Shown here piece after piece: positions 47,345 through 56,199 of a stretch of 64,000 bases of DNA. The notes under the pieces are model-generated. The model did not search any database. It was not told the origin of the DNA and saw nothing but the letters and a program-made list of their open reading frames with translations. The stretch's first letter is position 1; each line of letters begins with the position of its first letter. The position numbers and the translations under genes are program-made. The stretch lies in contig CALFBF010000023.1 of the NCBI GenBank assembly GCA_937949965.1, forward strand, positions 2,358 to 66,357, given 5' to 3'. This stretch comes from an uncultured Roseibacillus sp. (lineage in GTDB: Bacteria; Verrucomicrobiota; Verrucomicrobiia; Verrucomicrobiales; Akkermansiaceae).

Positions 47345-47857
47345 ATGAAACACAAACTACTCGTCCTCTCACTCGCACTCGCCAGTAACCTCTCCGCTCA
47401 ATCTGCAGCCGACCACTTCGCCAAAGGAGAGGCCGCACTGAAAGCGGGAAACATTCTCGCAGCGAAAGCCTCTTATCAAGCGGCTCTCAAAATCGATCCC
47501 AGTCATGGTAATGCCAAGTTCCGGCTCCTCTCGATGAAGAACCTCTCGGCAAACGCGCAGCTGAAGGCACGCAAAGCACAGCTCAAACAAATCATTCTAC
47601 CCCAAGTCCTCTTTGAAGATCTCACTCTAGAAGAAAGCTTAGAAGCGCTTGGTGTGATGATTGAGCGTGCCAGTGGTGAAGCGGTGATTCCAAACTTCGT
47701 GATCAACGATCCCTCGGACTCAATCTCGAAAAATAAGGTAAACATTAACCTCCGTAACATTCCGGCTTCCGTCGCGCTGCAATACGTCACCCAGCAGGCC
47801 AAAGCTCGCGAAGTCTGGCAGGCACATGTGATCTCGATTCGCCCCATTGGCTCGTGA
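47345..47857 (+). CDS. Secreted protein with one TPR-like hairpin and a secretin-N/STN-like domain
   Basis: Signal peptide MKHKLLVLSLALASNLSAQ. TPR-like AEAALKAGNILAAKASYQAALKIDP. C-terminal LEESLEALG...VNINLRNIPASVALQYV resembles the small N-domains of secretins. Confidence 0.55.
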   Translation: MKHKLLVLSLALASNLSAQSAADHFAKGEAALKAGNILAAKASYQAALKIDPSHGNAKFRLLSMKNLSANAQLKARKAQLKQIILPQVLFEDLTLEESLEALGVMIERASGEAVIPNFVINDPSDSISKNKVNINLRNIPASVALQYVTQQAKAREVWQAHVISIRPIGS

Positions 47858-47923
47858 AAGAGAACCTGCTCAAATCCACGATTAGCCCTACCCTTGACGG
47901 CCTAGGCTTGATAAAAGTCGAGC

Positions 47924-49180
47924 GTGTCTGACATCACTCAAGCTCCTATTCTCGCTACCTACGGTCGCTTTCCGCTCACTCTCTTACGCGGGGAAGGAAC
48001 GCGCGTATTTGATGAGCAAGGAACTTCTTACCTCGACTTCTGCGCAGGTATCGCGGTGTGCTCTCTCGGCCACTGTCACCCTGCCATGGTAAAGGCAATC
48101 GAGGAACAAGCACGCACCCTGATCCACGTTTCTAATCTCTATCACACCGAACCGGCTGCTCAGCTGGCTCAGCTGATTACTGAATTAGTAGAGATTCCTG
48201 GGAAGACTTTTTTCGCGAACTCTGGTGCTGAAGCCAATGACGGCTTAATCAAGCTCGCGCGGCGCTTTGGCCAACATCGACCTGATCCAGAATCGGGCAC
48301 GCCACGATCTGAAATCATCACTTTCCAGCAATCCTTCCACGGGCGCACTCTCGGGGGAATCTCTGCCACCGGTCAGCAAAAAGTGAAAGAGGGTTTTAAT
48401 CCCCTGTTGCCTGGTTTTTGCCACCTTCCCTTCAATGATCTCACTGCCCTTATCCAAGGAATTACTCCCTCTACCTGCGCCATACTGCTAGAACCGATTC
48501 AAGGAGAAGGCGGTATCCACGCTGCCACCCCCGAGTTCCTTCGTGGCGTGGCCAAGCTCTGTAAGGAAAAAGACATTCTTCTCCTGCTTGACGAGGTCCA
48601 GTGTGGTTTTGGACGACTGGGTGAGATGATGGCTTGGCGTGCTCTCGGAGTGCCTGAATTACAACCTGATGCGATTTCGTGGGCGAAGGGAATGGGAGGA
48701 GGAATCCCCATCGGGGCCTTTTGGACCAACGATCGATCGGTAGATGATATCGGCACTCCGCTTTCCTGCCTGCTCGAACCGGGCTCGCACGGCTCCACCT
48801 ACGGAGGAAACCCCCTCGCAGCACAAACGGCCCTCACAGTTCTCACACAAATTACCGCAAACGATCTACCGGCCAATGCCCTCGCTCGTGAAAAACAGAT
48901 TCGCGAAACGATCTCGTCTTGGAAACATCCCGCCATTGCAGAAGTGCGAGGAAAAGGGCTCATGTTAGGGATCGCGGTCCACGCTGAATATCTTCGTATC
49001 CCCAAGGGCTCTGTCCCCGCGATTCATCTCTGCAACGAACTTCTGAAAAATCATCTTCTCGTGCCACCAGCTGGCACAAATGCCATTCGTTTCCTACCGC
49101 CTTTGAATGTGAGTGAATCAGACACCTCAGAGGCGCTAACAATTCTAAAAACAACTCTCGACCAACTTTCCCCAAGCTAA
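47924..49180 (+). CDS. argD: Acetylornithine aminotransferase (class III PLP aminotransferase)
   Basis: GTG start. GEGTRVFDEQGTSYLDFCAGIAVCSLGHCHP, NSGAEANDG, LLLDEVQCGFGRLG, and the PLP-Lys region ISWAKGMGGG. Confidence 0.9.
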   Translation: MSDITQAPILATYGRFPLTLLRGEGTRVFDEQGTSYLDFCAGIAVCSLGHCHPAMVKAIEEQARTLIHVSNLYHTEPAAQLAQLITELVEIPGKTFFANSGAEANDGLIKLARRFGQHRPDPESGTPRSEIITFQQSFHGRTLGGISATGQQKVKEGFNPLLPGFCHLPFNDLTALIQGITPSTCAILLEPIQGEGGIHAATPEFLRGVAKLCKEKDILLLLDEVQCGFGRLGEMMAWRALGVPELQPDAISWAKGMGGGIPIGAFWTNDRSVDDIGTPLSCLLEPGSHGSTYGGNPLAAQTALTVLTQITANDLPANALAREKQIRETISSWKHPAIAEVRGKGLMLGIAVHAEYLRIPKGSVPAIHLCNELLKNHLLVPPAGTNAIRFLPPLNVSESDTSEALTILKTTLDQLSPS

Positions 49181-49303
49181 CCTTCTTTCGTAAACAACTT
49201 ATAATCAACACTTAAGGAAAACGAGATATTTTCTCCAAAAAAAAAATCGCGAATTTGAATTTTTTTCGGGAATAAAAGGAATAATTCAAGCATCCTCCCC
49301 TTG

Positions 49304-49444
49304 ATGAAACAAATTACATTGCTTGCAATGGGTTTGGTTCTGGGTGTGCTCATGTTGAGCAGCTGCACAGATCCTTCAGGCCCAAGCACTTCGCCGTTCT
49401 CCTCCCCTTCTATCAGCAGTCCAGTTAGCACTGGCAGCACATGA
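49304..49444 (+). CDS. Small lipoprotein (46 aa), not in the supplied ORF track
   Basis: ATG...TGA translated by hand: MKQITLLAMGLVLGVLMLSSCTDPSGPSTSPFSSPSISSPVSTGST. Classic signal peptide plus lipobox LSSC. It is followed by two hairpins, including a strong terminator. Confidence 0.5.
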   Translation: MKQITLLAMGLVLGVLMLSSCTDPSGPSTSPFSSPSISSPVSTGST

Positions 49445-49498
49445 GGCGGATGAGGAAGCTAATTACACGCTGAGCAAGTTTTGCTCAGTCTAACTTTG

Positions 49499-49532
49499 AG
49501 GCAGCCTTCGGTTTACGGAGGCTGCCTTTTTT
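49499..49532 (+). terminator. Rho-independent terminator
   Basis: 9-bp perfect stem aggcagcct (49499-49507) / aggctgcct (49519-49527), extendable through c-g pairs in the loop, followed by TTTTTT. Confidence 0.8.
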
Positions 49533-49669
49533 GTATTCAGGACATCTTCGATAACCTCATCCCAAGAAAATCTTAAAAATGAGAGACTTGCCTGAAAACA
49601 CTGCTCCATTTGCCCTCCAGATTTCTTTATTCCTATTTTCAGAGAATCAAGTTATTCTGGCCGGTGCTT

Positions 49670-50470
49670 ATGATGGATAAAAAATTACTTCTTTATCTCC
49701 TAATTCTAGCAGGATTGGTGGCGGCTACCATTGCTTCAGTAAAATCCTCTGAAGATCCGCTCGAAGCCACCTCACTCAGCAATCACGAAATCGAGCTGTT
49801 AGAAGACACTGGCCACTTCGAATACGATGCCAACGAAGAAATGCTTATCCCGCTCTACGGAGAAGACGAGACCCTTTCGACCGAACAACTAGGCGATGGA
49901 GGAGAGCCCTCCTCGGAGTTACTCTCAGCCTATGAGAAGTTCTTAGGAGAGAGAGAAAAAGGAAGCCCTCTCCTTACTTTCGCCCTCTTTGTCCTCACCG
50001 GTATCTTCACCGGATTCCTAGTCGTTAGCTACGTGCTCCCCAACATCGTACAAAGAGCTTCCGAGGAGGTCTACGGCTCAAGTGAAAAAGTAGGACCACC
50101 CAGCGCACTGATGCAAGCGCAAGCCAAGGTGGCGCAGGGAGATTGGGACGAAGCAATTGCATCGTACCGACTTGCGTCTGAAGAAGAGCCCGAGAATCGC
50201 CTCCCCTGGGTCGAGATCGCGATGCTGCAGCGAGAACGGTTAGAAAACCCCTCCCTGGCGTTAGAGACCCTCGATGCTGCGCTCGCCCGTGGTGATTGGC
50301 GCGAGAACGACGAAGCCTTTTTCTACTTCCGCAAAATCGAAATCTTGGAAAACGATCTCAATGAACACGATCGAGCGATCACTCTTCTGCGCGAGGTTAT
50401 GGAAAAGTTCCCAAATACGAGGCACTACGCCAACGCCATGCATAAGCTGCACGAACTCGGAGAATCGTGA
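49670..50470 (+). CDS. Membrane-anchored TPR-like protein
   Basis: Start at ATG 49670 (MMDKKLLLYLLILAGLVAATIASV). A second TM follows (LLTFALFVLTGIFTGFLVVSYVL), then TPR-like helices (AQGDWDEAIASYRLASEEEP...). The stop overlaps the comEC GTG (GTGA). Confidence 0.6.
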   Translation: MMDKKLLLYLLILAGLVAATIASVKSSEDPLEATSLSNHEIELLEDTGHFEYDANEEMLIPLYGEDETLSTEQLGDGGEPSSELLSAYEKFLGEREKGSPLLTFALFVLTGIFTGFLVVSYVLPNIVQRASEEVYGSSEKVGPPSALMQAQAKVAQGDWDEAIASYRLASEEEPENRLPWVEIAMLQRERLENPSLALETLDAALARGDWRENDEAFFYFRKIEILENDLNEHDRAITLLREVMEKFPNTRHYANAMHKLHELGES

Positions 50471-52761
50471 ACCCGCAACCAGCTCTCCCTACTCTTGGAC
50501 GCTGGCCTCTTTTCTTCCCTTTCCTTGGGACCGTAATCGGCATCCTCACCGCAAGTCACGCTCTCTGGTGGCTTGTTGTAGTGCTATTTACCTGGGGGTT
50601 CTACTTCGGGGCTCTTCATCGTAAACCTCCCCTCGTTGTGGCATGTTTGCTACTCCTACTCTCCGCAGTCATCCATCATCACCGCCTGGGAACAAAGGCT
50701 GAACTCGCCAATCTCCTGAACGAAAGCCCAGAAACTCTCCTTCACGGGACTCTCGTTAGAAGCCAATCCGCAGGGCTGACGAGACGTGTCTTCAAAACAG
50801 AACAAGGTGCTTCCCTTCTTCTCATCGATTTGCCGGAGCACTTTAAAACAGGCCAAAAACTCGACTTGATGGTAGCTTCCATCCAAACGACACAACCACG
50901 CAATCCCGCCAGTTGGACACCTGAGGCCACTTTACAGAAGAAAGGCTTAGTAGGAAGCGTGCGTGTTCTTTCCGCAAAACCAATGGGGTGGTCGCGGGGA
51001 TTCCCCACCCTCCGAGGTTGGTCTGAATCGATTCGCGACGACTTTGCCAAACGAATCACCTATGGTATCTCTAACAGAGAAGATGGCGAAATCGTGCAAG
51101 CTGTCGTGCTCGGAAAGAAGACCGCCGGGAGCACGGCTTTTAGCAGTTTTCGGAAGACAGGCACGATGCACATATTTGCGGTGAGCGGGCTCCACGTCGG
51201 ACTGGTTGCTACCATCGTTTTGGCATTGGGTCACCTTGTTAGAATTCCTTCTCGAGGTCTCCATTGGCTCATTATTCTAGCCATGTTTGGCTACGCCTTT
51301 ATCACCGGGTTGCAGGCCCCAGCCTTGCGAGCCGCTCTGATGGGCAGCCTTATTCTCGGTCGCTTGCTTCTCTATCGACGGCCCTCGGTGGTGAATAATC
51401 TCTTGGCCGCGGGCTTAGTGATTCTACTCTTGGATAGTTTTCAGCTCTTCCAGACTGGCTTCCAACTCAGCTTTTGGGTGGTGACCGTTATTCTAATGTT
51501 AGAGCCACTTCTTTGGCGAAAAGTAGGACCCGTGCTCGATCATGATGCCTATCTCCCGGCCGTGCTGTGGAGTCGATGGCAGCGAATCACGCATTGGACT
51601 CGGAACAAAGTTGGTAAGCTACTCACGATTTCCTCAGCAGCATGGGTGGGCTCGGCGCCCCTGAGCGCATTCTACTTTGGGTGGTTTACCCCTATTGCCG
51701 TCGTCGCTAGTTTAGTGATGGTGAGTTCAGCCTTTCTTATCCTCGTCCTTGCCTTCTTCTCTCTCGCACTGGGTCAACTCATCCCCTCACTGAGTCCTCC
51801 TCTCAATATGACCAATGGTTTCCTCGCCAAGACTGCTCACCGAGCCTCGATAGCAATGAGCGAATGGCCTGGCGCATGGACACAATTGAACGAACCTTCA
51901 CCCTGGCGAGGAGGGCTCTGTGTATTTGATATCTACTATGGCGGTAGCGCTATTCACCTCGACGCAGGAGGCGGAGTCCTCATCGATAGCGGAAGTGAAC
52001 GAAGCTTTTGGTGGAGCGTGCAACCCGCACTACAAAGCTACGGGCATTCCTTTGATTCGCTCATCGCCACTCACAATGACGCCGAACACGTTGGGGGATT
52101 CTCCTCCATCATTCCCAGCTACTCGGTCAAACAAGTGCTCTTTCCCCACCAATCAGAACAACACAGTCTCGCCAATGCAATGAAGGTCTGTCAGGCCGAA
52201 CAAGTGTCGATTCGCCACCCCACTATTGGCACGATCCTTCCGATCGACAAAGACACCCAGATCACAATTCTTCATGTGGGTGAGCGCTCCCTGAGCCGGG
52301 CCGACGACCGCGGGCTCACCCTACTCATCGAGCAACGAGGTTGGCGAATTCTCGTAACTGCGGATGCGGGTTACGAAAGCGAGCGTGCTTTGTTAGCAAG
52401 TGGCCAAAATCTCCGCGCCGATGTCTGGATCTGTGGCCGCAATGAAAAGGACTCGATGGGACAAGACGCTTTTGTACGCGCCATTTCACCCAAAGCCATT
52501 ATCCTGAATGAGGAGATCTACTCCACAAACGGACGGGCCTCAGCATACTGGCAAGAGTGGTTACAACAGGAAGGAATCGCCCTCTTTCGTCAGAGCGAGC
52601 ACGGAGCCGTTTTCATCGAAACACGTCAATCCCAGCTGAATCTGCGAGGCTTTCTGTCGGGAAAGCAAATGACCCTTACACGCTCACACAGTGAAGAACT
52701 TGCAAGCTCTTCCCCTCCGCTTCCCATTGGAGTTGGAAGTCCGATTTGGGATCAAAATTAG
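50467..52761 (+). CDS. comEC: DNA internalisation-related competence protein ComEC/Rec2
   Basis: 764 aa. N-terminal TM bundle, Competence domain (FRKTGTMHIFAVSGLHVG), many TM segments, and a C-terminal metallo-beta-lactamase-like domain (LIATHNDAEHVGG). Confidence 0.9.
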   Translation: MNPQPALPTLGRWPLFFPFLGTVIGILTASHALWWLVVVLFTWGFYFGALHRKPPLVVACLLLLLSAVIHHHRLGTKAELANLLNESPETLLHGTLVRSQSAGLTRRVFKTEQGASLLLIDLPEHFKTGQKLDLMVASIQTTQPRNPASWTPEATLQKKGLVGSVRVLSAKPMGWSRGFPTLRGWSESIRDDFAKRITYGISNREDGEIVQAVVLGKKTAGSTAFSSFRKTGTMHIFAVSGLHVGLVATIVLALGHLVRIPSRGLHWLIILAMFGYAFITGLQAPALRAALMGSLILGRLLLYRRPSVVNNLLAAGLVILLLDSFQLFQTGFQLSFWVVTVILMLEPLLWRKVGPVLDHDAYLPAVLWSRWQRITHWTRNKVGKLLTISSAAWVGSAPLSAFYFGWFTPIAVVASLVMVSSAFLILVLAFFSLALGQLIPSLSPPLNMTNGFLAKTAHRASIAMSEWPGAWTQLNEPSPWRGGLCVFDIYYGGSAIHLDAGGGVLIDSGSERSFWWSVQPALQSYGHSFDSLIATHNDAEHVGGFSSIIPSYSVKQVLFPHQSEQHSLANAMKVCQAEQVSIRHPTIGTILPIDKDTQITILHVGERSLSRADDRGLTLLIEQRGWRILVTADAGYESERALLASGQNLRADVWICGRNEKDSMGQDAFVRAISPKAIILNEEIYSTNGRASAYWQEWLQQEGIALFRQSEHGAVFIETRQSQLNLRGFLSGKQMTLTRSHSEELASSSPPLPIGVGSPIWDQN

Positions 52762-53284
52762 TTTCTGGAAAAGGAGTCACTTCGAGCCTCGAATACTGCG
52801 CCAGTTCTTCCTCCGCCCATTCGAAATACTCCTCATGGTCGGTCTTAAAAACAAAGACTCCTCCCGGGATTAAAAGCTGATGCACCGTTTCGAGAAAGCT
52901 CTGCTGAATCATACGACGGCGATGATGCTTGGCCTTGGGCCAGGGATCAGGACAAATGAGATGAAGTCGCGAAACCGAGTGCCGAGGCAAGAGCCACTCG
53001 GCGGTATAAGCAGACTCCAAGCGCAAGACCTTGAGATTCGTAAGACCTCGTTCCTCTGCTCCCCGGCAGGTTTTCTTGACTCGACCAAGAAGGCGTTCCA
53101 CCGCTAGAAAATTACGATCCTGATGATGCTCAGCGAGAGCTAAAGTGTAAGAACCATCCCCTGAACCTAAATCGACTTCGAGAGGAGTATCACCCGAAAA
53201 GATTTCCTCCGTGCGAAGACGGGCAAAGTAATCCTCAGGAACAAACTCATGAGGGAAAGGTGGGCGAAAGCGAGGTTCTATCAC
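52676..53284 (-). CDS. trmB: tRNA (guanine-N7)-methyltransferase
   Basis: LEVDLGSGDGSY (SAM motif I), ICPDPWPKAKHHRRR, FVFKTDHEEYFEW. Confidence 0.9.
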   Translation of the reverse strand: MIEPRFRPPFPHEFVPEDYFARLRTEEIFSGDTPLEVDLGSGDGSYTLALAEHHQDRNFLAVERLLGRVKKTCRGAEERGLTNLKVLRLESAYTAEWLLPRHSVSRLHLICPDPWPKAKHHRRRMIQQSFLETVHQLLIPGGVFVFKTDHEEYFEWAEEELAQYSRLEVTPFPETNFDPKSDFQLQWEAEGKSLQVLHCVSV

Positions 53285-53365
53285 GGAAAACCCAGCGAAG
53301 AACTATCGAGTCATTTTGAAAAGGCATTTCTTCGGAGAGTTGCGTCTAAGCTTCCTGGCGACGTA

Positions 53366-53962
53366 CTAGCTTCCTCCCGCATTGTAGACGAGGCCACCTG
53401 ATGCACGATAGCGCTGGAGAACAGCCTTAGCTTCCTCACGTAACAGGTCGCGGGTCACGGTGACCGCTGGCAGAGGTTCAGGACGATTTTCTAACAACTC
53501 GGGCCATTGGTCCGGCAAAGGACCTTCGCGAAAACCTGCAATGGCCTCCACATCCACGGCACGGGCGCCAATGACAAGTCCACGCACCCCTGACCACCAC
53601 GTATTCCCAAAACATTGGATACAGGGTTGAGCGGAAGCGACCAATTCCATCACCGGGAAACCTGGCGCAGAGAGATCATGTGTCGCTAACTTTTGCTGAG
53701 CAAGGGCCAAGGCCAAGGTTTCGGCGTGAGAAATCGAAGTCTGACTGGGAACGACTCGGTTGACGGCAGCGGCGACCAAACGACCGGAATCTTTCTCAAA
53801 CACCGCAGCCCCAAACGGCCCCCCAGTTGCTTCCTCAATATTACGATGGGCAAGAGCTAGCACCCACCGCATCCGTTCCTCAGGGGTGGACCAAACCCGT
53901 TCTTCGCCCTCCTTCAGCAACTGCTCATTCAACCAGTTAGGGAGGGTAATTTCAATTTTCAC
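53366..53962 (-). CDS. CMP/dCMP-type zinc deaminase family protein (nucleoside/guanine deaminase-like)
   Basis: HAE (SHAETLAL) and PCxxC (QPCIQCFG) zinc-binding motifs. 198 aa. Confidence 0.8.
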   Translation of the reverse strand: MKIEITLPNWLNEQLLKEGEERVWSTPEERMRWVLALAHRNIEEATGGPFGAAVFEKDSGRLVAAAVNRVVPSQTSISHAETLALALAQQKLATHDLSAPGFPVMELVASAQPCIQCFGNTWWSGVRGLVIGARAVDVEAIAGFREGPLPDQWPELLENRPEPLPAVTVTRDLLREEAKAVLQRYRASGGLVYNAGGS

Positions 53963-54178
53963 TCCTCAAAAAAGAACGCGAAAGTATCGGGAAGCGAGTT
54001 AATTTTTGGCCCCACAGTCCTCCTCTGGACCGTCTTACCGGCAAGTAACAGTATTATCCGTGAGTTTGTTAGCAAAAACTTAGGAGATAGCCTTGAGAAA
54101 GCTTCGACTTGAAAAATATCGTCTCGCGGGTCATGCAGAGGCAGATTATTTCTTCAAGCCGAGCCCGACAACGCATCC

Positions 54179-55354
54179 ATGACCCTGCAACCGAACGAAC
54201 CACTCTCAAATCTCCGCGATGAAGCTGCTGCTAAATTAAAGCTGCACTTCGACCATGATCAGCCTCTGTCAGCAGCAGCTCCTGGGCGCGTGAACCTGAT
54301 TGGTGAGCACATCGATTACTGTGACGGCTTCGTGCTCCCACTAGCTATCGAGAGGTACATCGTAGTGGCCGCTGCGCTCAATGGCCGGAACGAAGTGCGC
54401 TTGCGCTCCGAAAACCAGCCTGAAGCCGTCATCTCGCTAGAAGAAAAGATGACGCTCTCAGAACCCAAGTGGGCGAACTACATCCGCGGAGTCATTCATG
54501 GTTTTCAAGAACGAGGCCATACTATCCCGGGCTTCGATGCTTGCTTTGTCTCCAATGTGCCTACTGGAGGAGGTCTTTCTTCCTCTGCCGCATTAGAGTG
54601 CGCAGTCGCTACTCTGTTAGAGGCTTTATTGGACACCACTCTCCCCACAAAAGAGAAGGCCCTCCTTGCACAGAAGGCCGAGCACGACTTCGCCGGTGTC
54701 CCTTGCGGAATCATGGACCAATTTGCGTCCGCCTTTGGTCAAAAGGATCATCTCGTCCTCATTGATTGCCAAAATGGCGAGCCCGAGATGGTGCCCTTTA
54801 ACAATCCCGAACTGGAAATCATCATCGCAAACACTTGCGTCTCCCACGATCTCTCCGATGGAGGCTATGCCGCCCGTCGTAAGGATACTGAGGACGGCTT
54901 GGCCGCCGTGAATAAGCAGAGCTGGCGCGATGTCACCATGGCTGAGGTGGAAGCTGCTAAAGAAGCGATGGGTGACCGAGTCTTCCGACGCTCTCGCCAC
55001 GTGGTGAGTGAGATCGAGCGCACCGCAGTGGCAGCAGAATGCTTCAAAACCAGTGATTACGCCAACATCGGACAGCTCATGAAGGCATCCCATGACTCTC
55101 TACGAGATGACTTCGAAGTCTCCTGTCCTGAGCTCGATCTGATGGTCTCCATTGCAGAAGAAATCGGTCTCGAAGGAGGAGTCCTTGGGAGCCGAATGAC
55201 AGGTGGTGGCTTCGGTGGCTCCACGGTCACTCTTTGCCGTAAGGATAAAGCGAGAGACATCGCGACCATCATGCACGAGAAGTATCAGGAGAAGACCTCG
55301 ATCACTCCCGAAATCTTCTCCACCCGCCCCGCCCAAGGCGCGCATCAGTTGTAA
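54179..55354 (+). CDS. galK: Galactokinase
   Basis: GRVNLIGEHIDYCDGFVLP signature, GHMP motif PTGGGLSSSAALE, GSRMTGGGFGG. Confidence 0.95.
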   Translation: MTLQPNEPLSNLRDEAAAKLKLHFDHDQPLSAAAPGRVNLIGEHIDYCDGFVLPLAIERYIVVAAALNGRNEVRLRSENQPEAVISLEEKMTLSEPKWANYIRGVIHGFQERGHTIPGFDACFVSNVPTGGGLSSSAALECAVATLLEALLDTTLPTKEKALLAQKAEHDFAGVPCGIMDQFASAFGQKDHLVLIDCQNGEPEMVPFNNPELEIIIANTCVSHDLSDGGYAARRKDTEDGLAAVNKQSWRDVTMAEVEAAKEAMGDRVFRRSRHVVSEIERTAVAAECFKTSDYANIGQLMKASHDSLRDDFEVSCPELDLMVSIAEEIGLEGGVLGSRMTGGGFGGSTVTLCRKDKARDIATIMHEKYQEKTSITPEIFSTRPAQGAHQL

Positions 55355-55452
55355 GGCTTAGTCACTGGTGAGTTCTTCTCTTGGTGAATGAAAGCACGGC
55401 TCAGCTATATTCTGAACTGGACGAAGAACCATTTCGGAACCAATATGGTTTC

Positions 55453-55689
55453 GTGAACGTTACTCTCAAAGAAATTCCTCCAGAGTTACACGAACAGCTC
55501 AAGGACGCTGCCGCTCGTTCTCGCAGAAGTCTAAACCACCAGATCATCTACACTCTTCAAAGTTCTCTCGCCTCTCATCAGACCTCTAGGGATGAGCTCG
55601 TCACACGAATTCAGCAGCGTCGAGGACGCCTTGGTGGATTTGTAGAATCCGCAGACGTGATCGAAGGAATACAGGACGGAAGAGCATGA
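55453..55689 (+). CDS. vapB: Ribbon-helix-helix antitoxin (VapB/FitA-like)
   Basis: From GTG 55453: MNVTLKEIPPELHEQLKDAAARSRRSLNHQIIYTLQ, a beta-strand plus two helices typical of Arc/MetJ antitoxins. The stop overlaps the toxin ATG (ATGA). The maximal ORF starts at 55381. Confidence 0.7.
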   Translation: MNVTLKEIPPELHEQLKDAAARSRRSLNHQIIYTLQSSLASHQTSRDELVTRIQQRRGRLGGFVESADVIEGIQDGRA

Positions 55690-56075
55690 TAGTGGTCGAT
55701 ACAAACGTATTGGCCTACTTCATGATTCGGGGTGAACACTCAGAAGTCGTAGACCGCCTCTACGCGGCTGACTCGGAGTGGATCGCACCACGCTTATAGC
55801 TAGATGAGTTTTTAAATGTTCTCACGACCTCCGAAAGGAACGAGAAGCTGAATTCTTTTGAGGCTGATGCGATTCTCTCCGACGTAATCGAATTGATGAC
55901 GGATTCGTCTTATAATGTTCCGGCTTACCGAATACTTGCTACTGCGAGGCGAACAGGTTGCACCGCATACGACAGTCAGTATTTGGCGCTGGCTGAAGAT
56001 TTGGGCATACCGCTTTACACTTTTGATAAGCGATTGATTGAGCGTTCGGGTGGTCTCGCATTTCAACCAAAATAG
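55686..56075 (+). pseudogene. vapC: PIN-domain toxin VapC interrupted by one in-frame TAG (codon 38)
   Basis: Hand translation in a single frame: MIVVDTNVLAYF...EWIAPRL-TAG(55797-55799)-LDEFLNVL...CTAYDSQYLALAEDLGIPLYTFDKRLIE. PIN acidic residues D5, E41, D96 and D114 are all present. Confidence 0.8.
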
Positions 56076-56199
56076 AGGCAAAACAAGGCGTACTGAGTAT
56101 TTTGATCTGAATGGGCTTAAACGCTGAACTGAGCAGAAAACGCGTTCGTTTTGCCACCTCGGGCTTGCACCTTAGCCGGAGGGTGTTAACAACACGCCC

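Noticed and set aside
49177-49440. An 87-aa minus-strand ORF lies opposite the small lipoprotein ORF.
   Set aside because: The plus-strand reading gives a textbook signal peptide and lipobox and is followed by a plus-strand terminator. The minus-strand product has no features.
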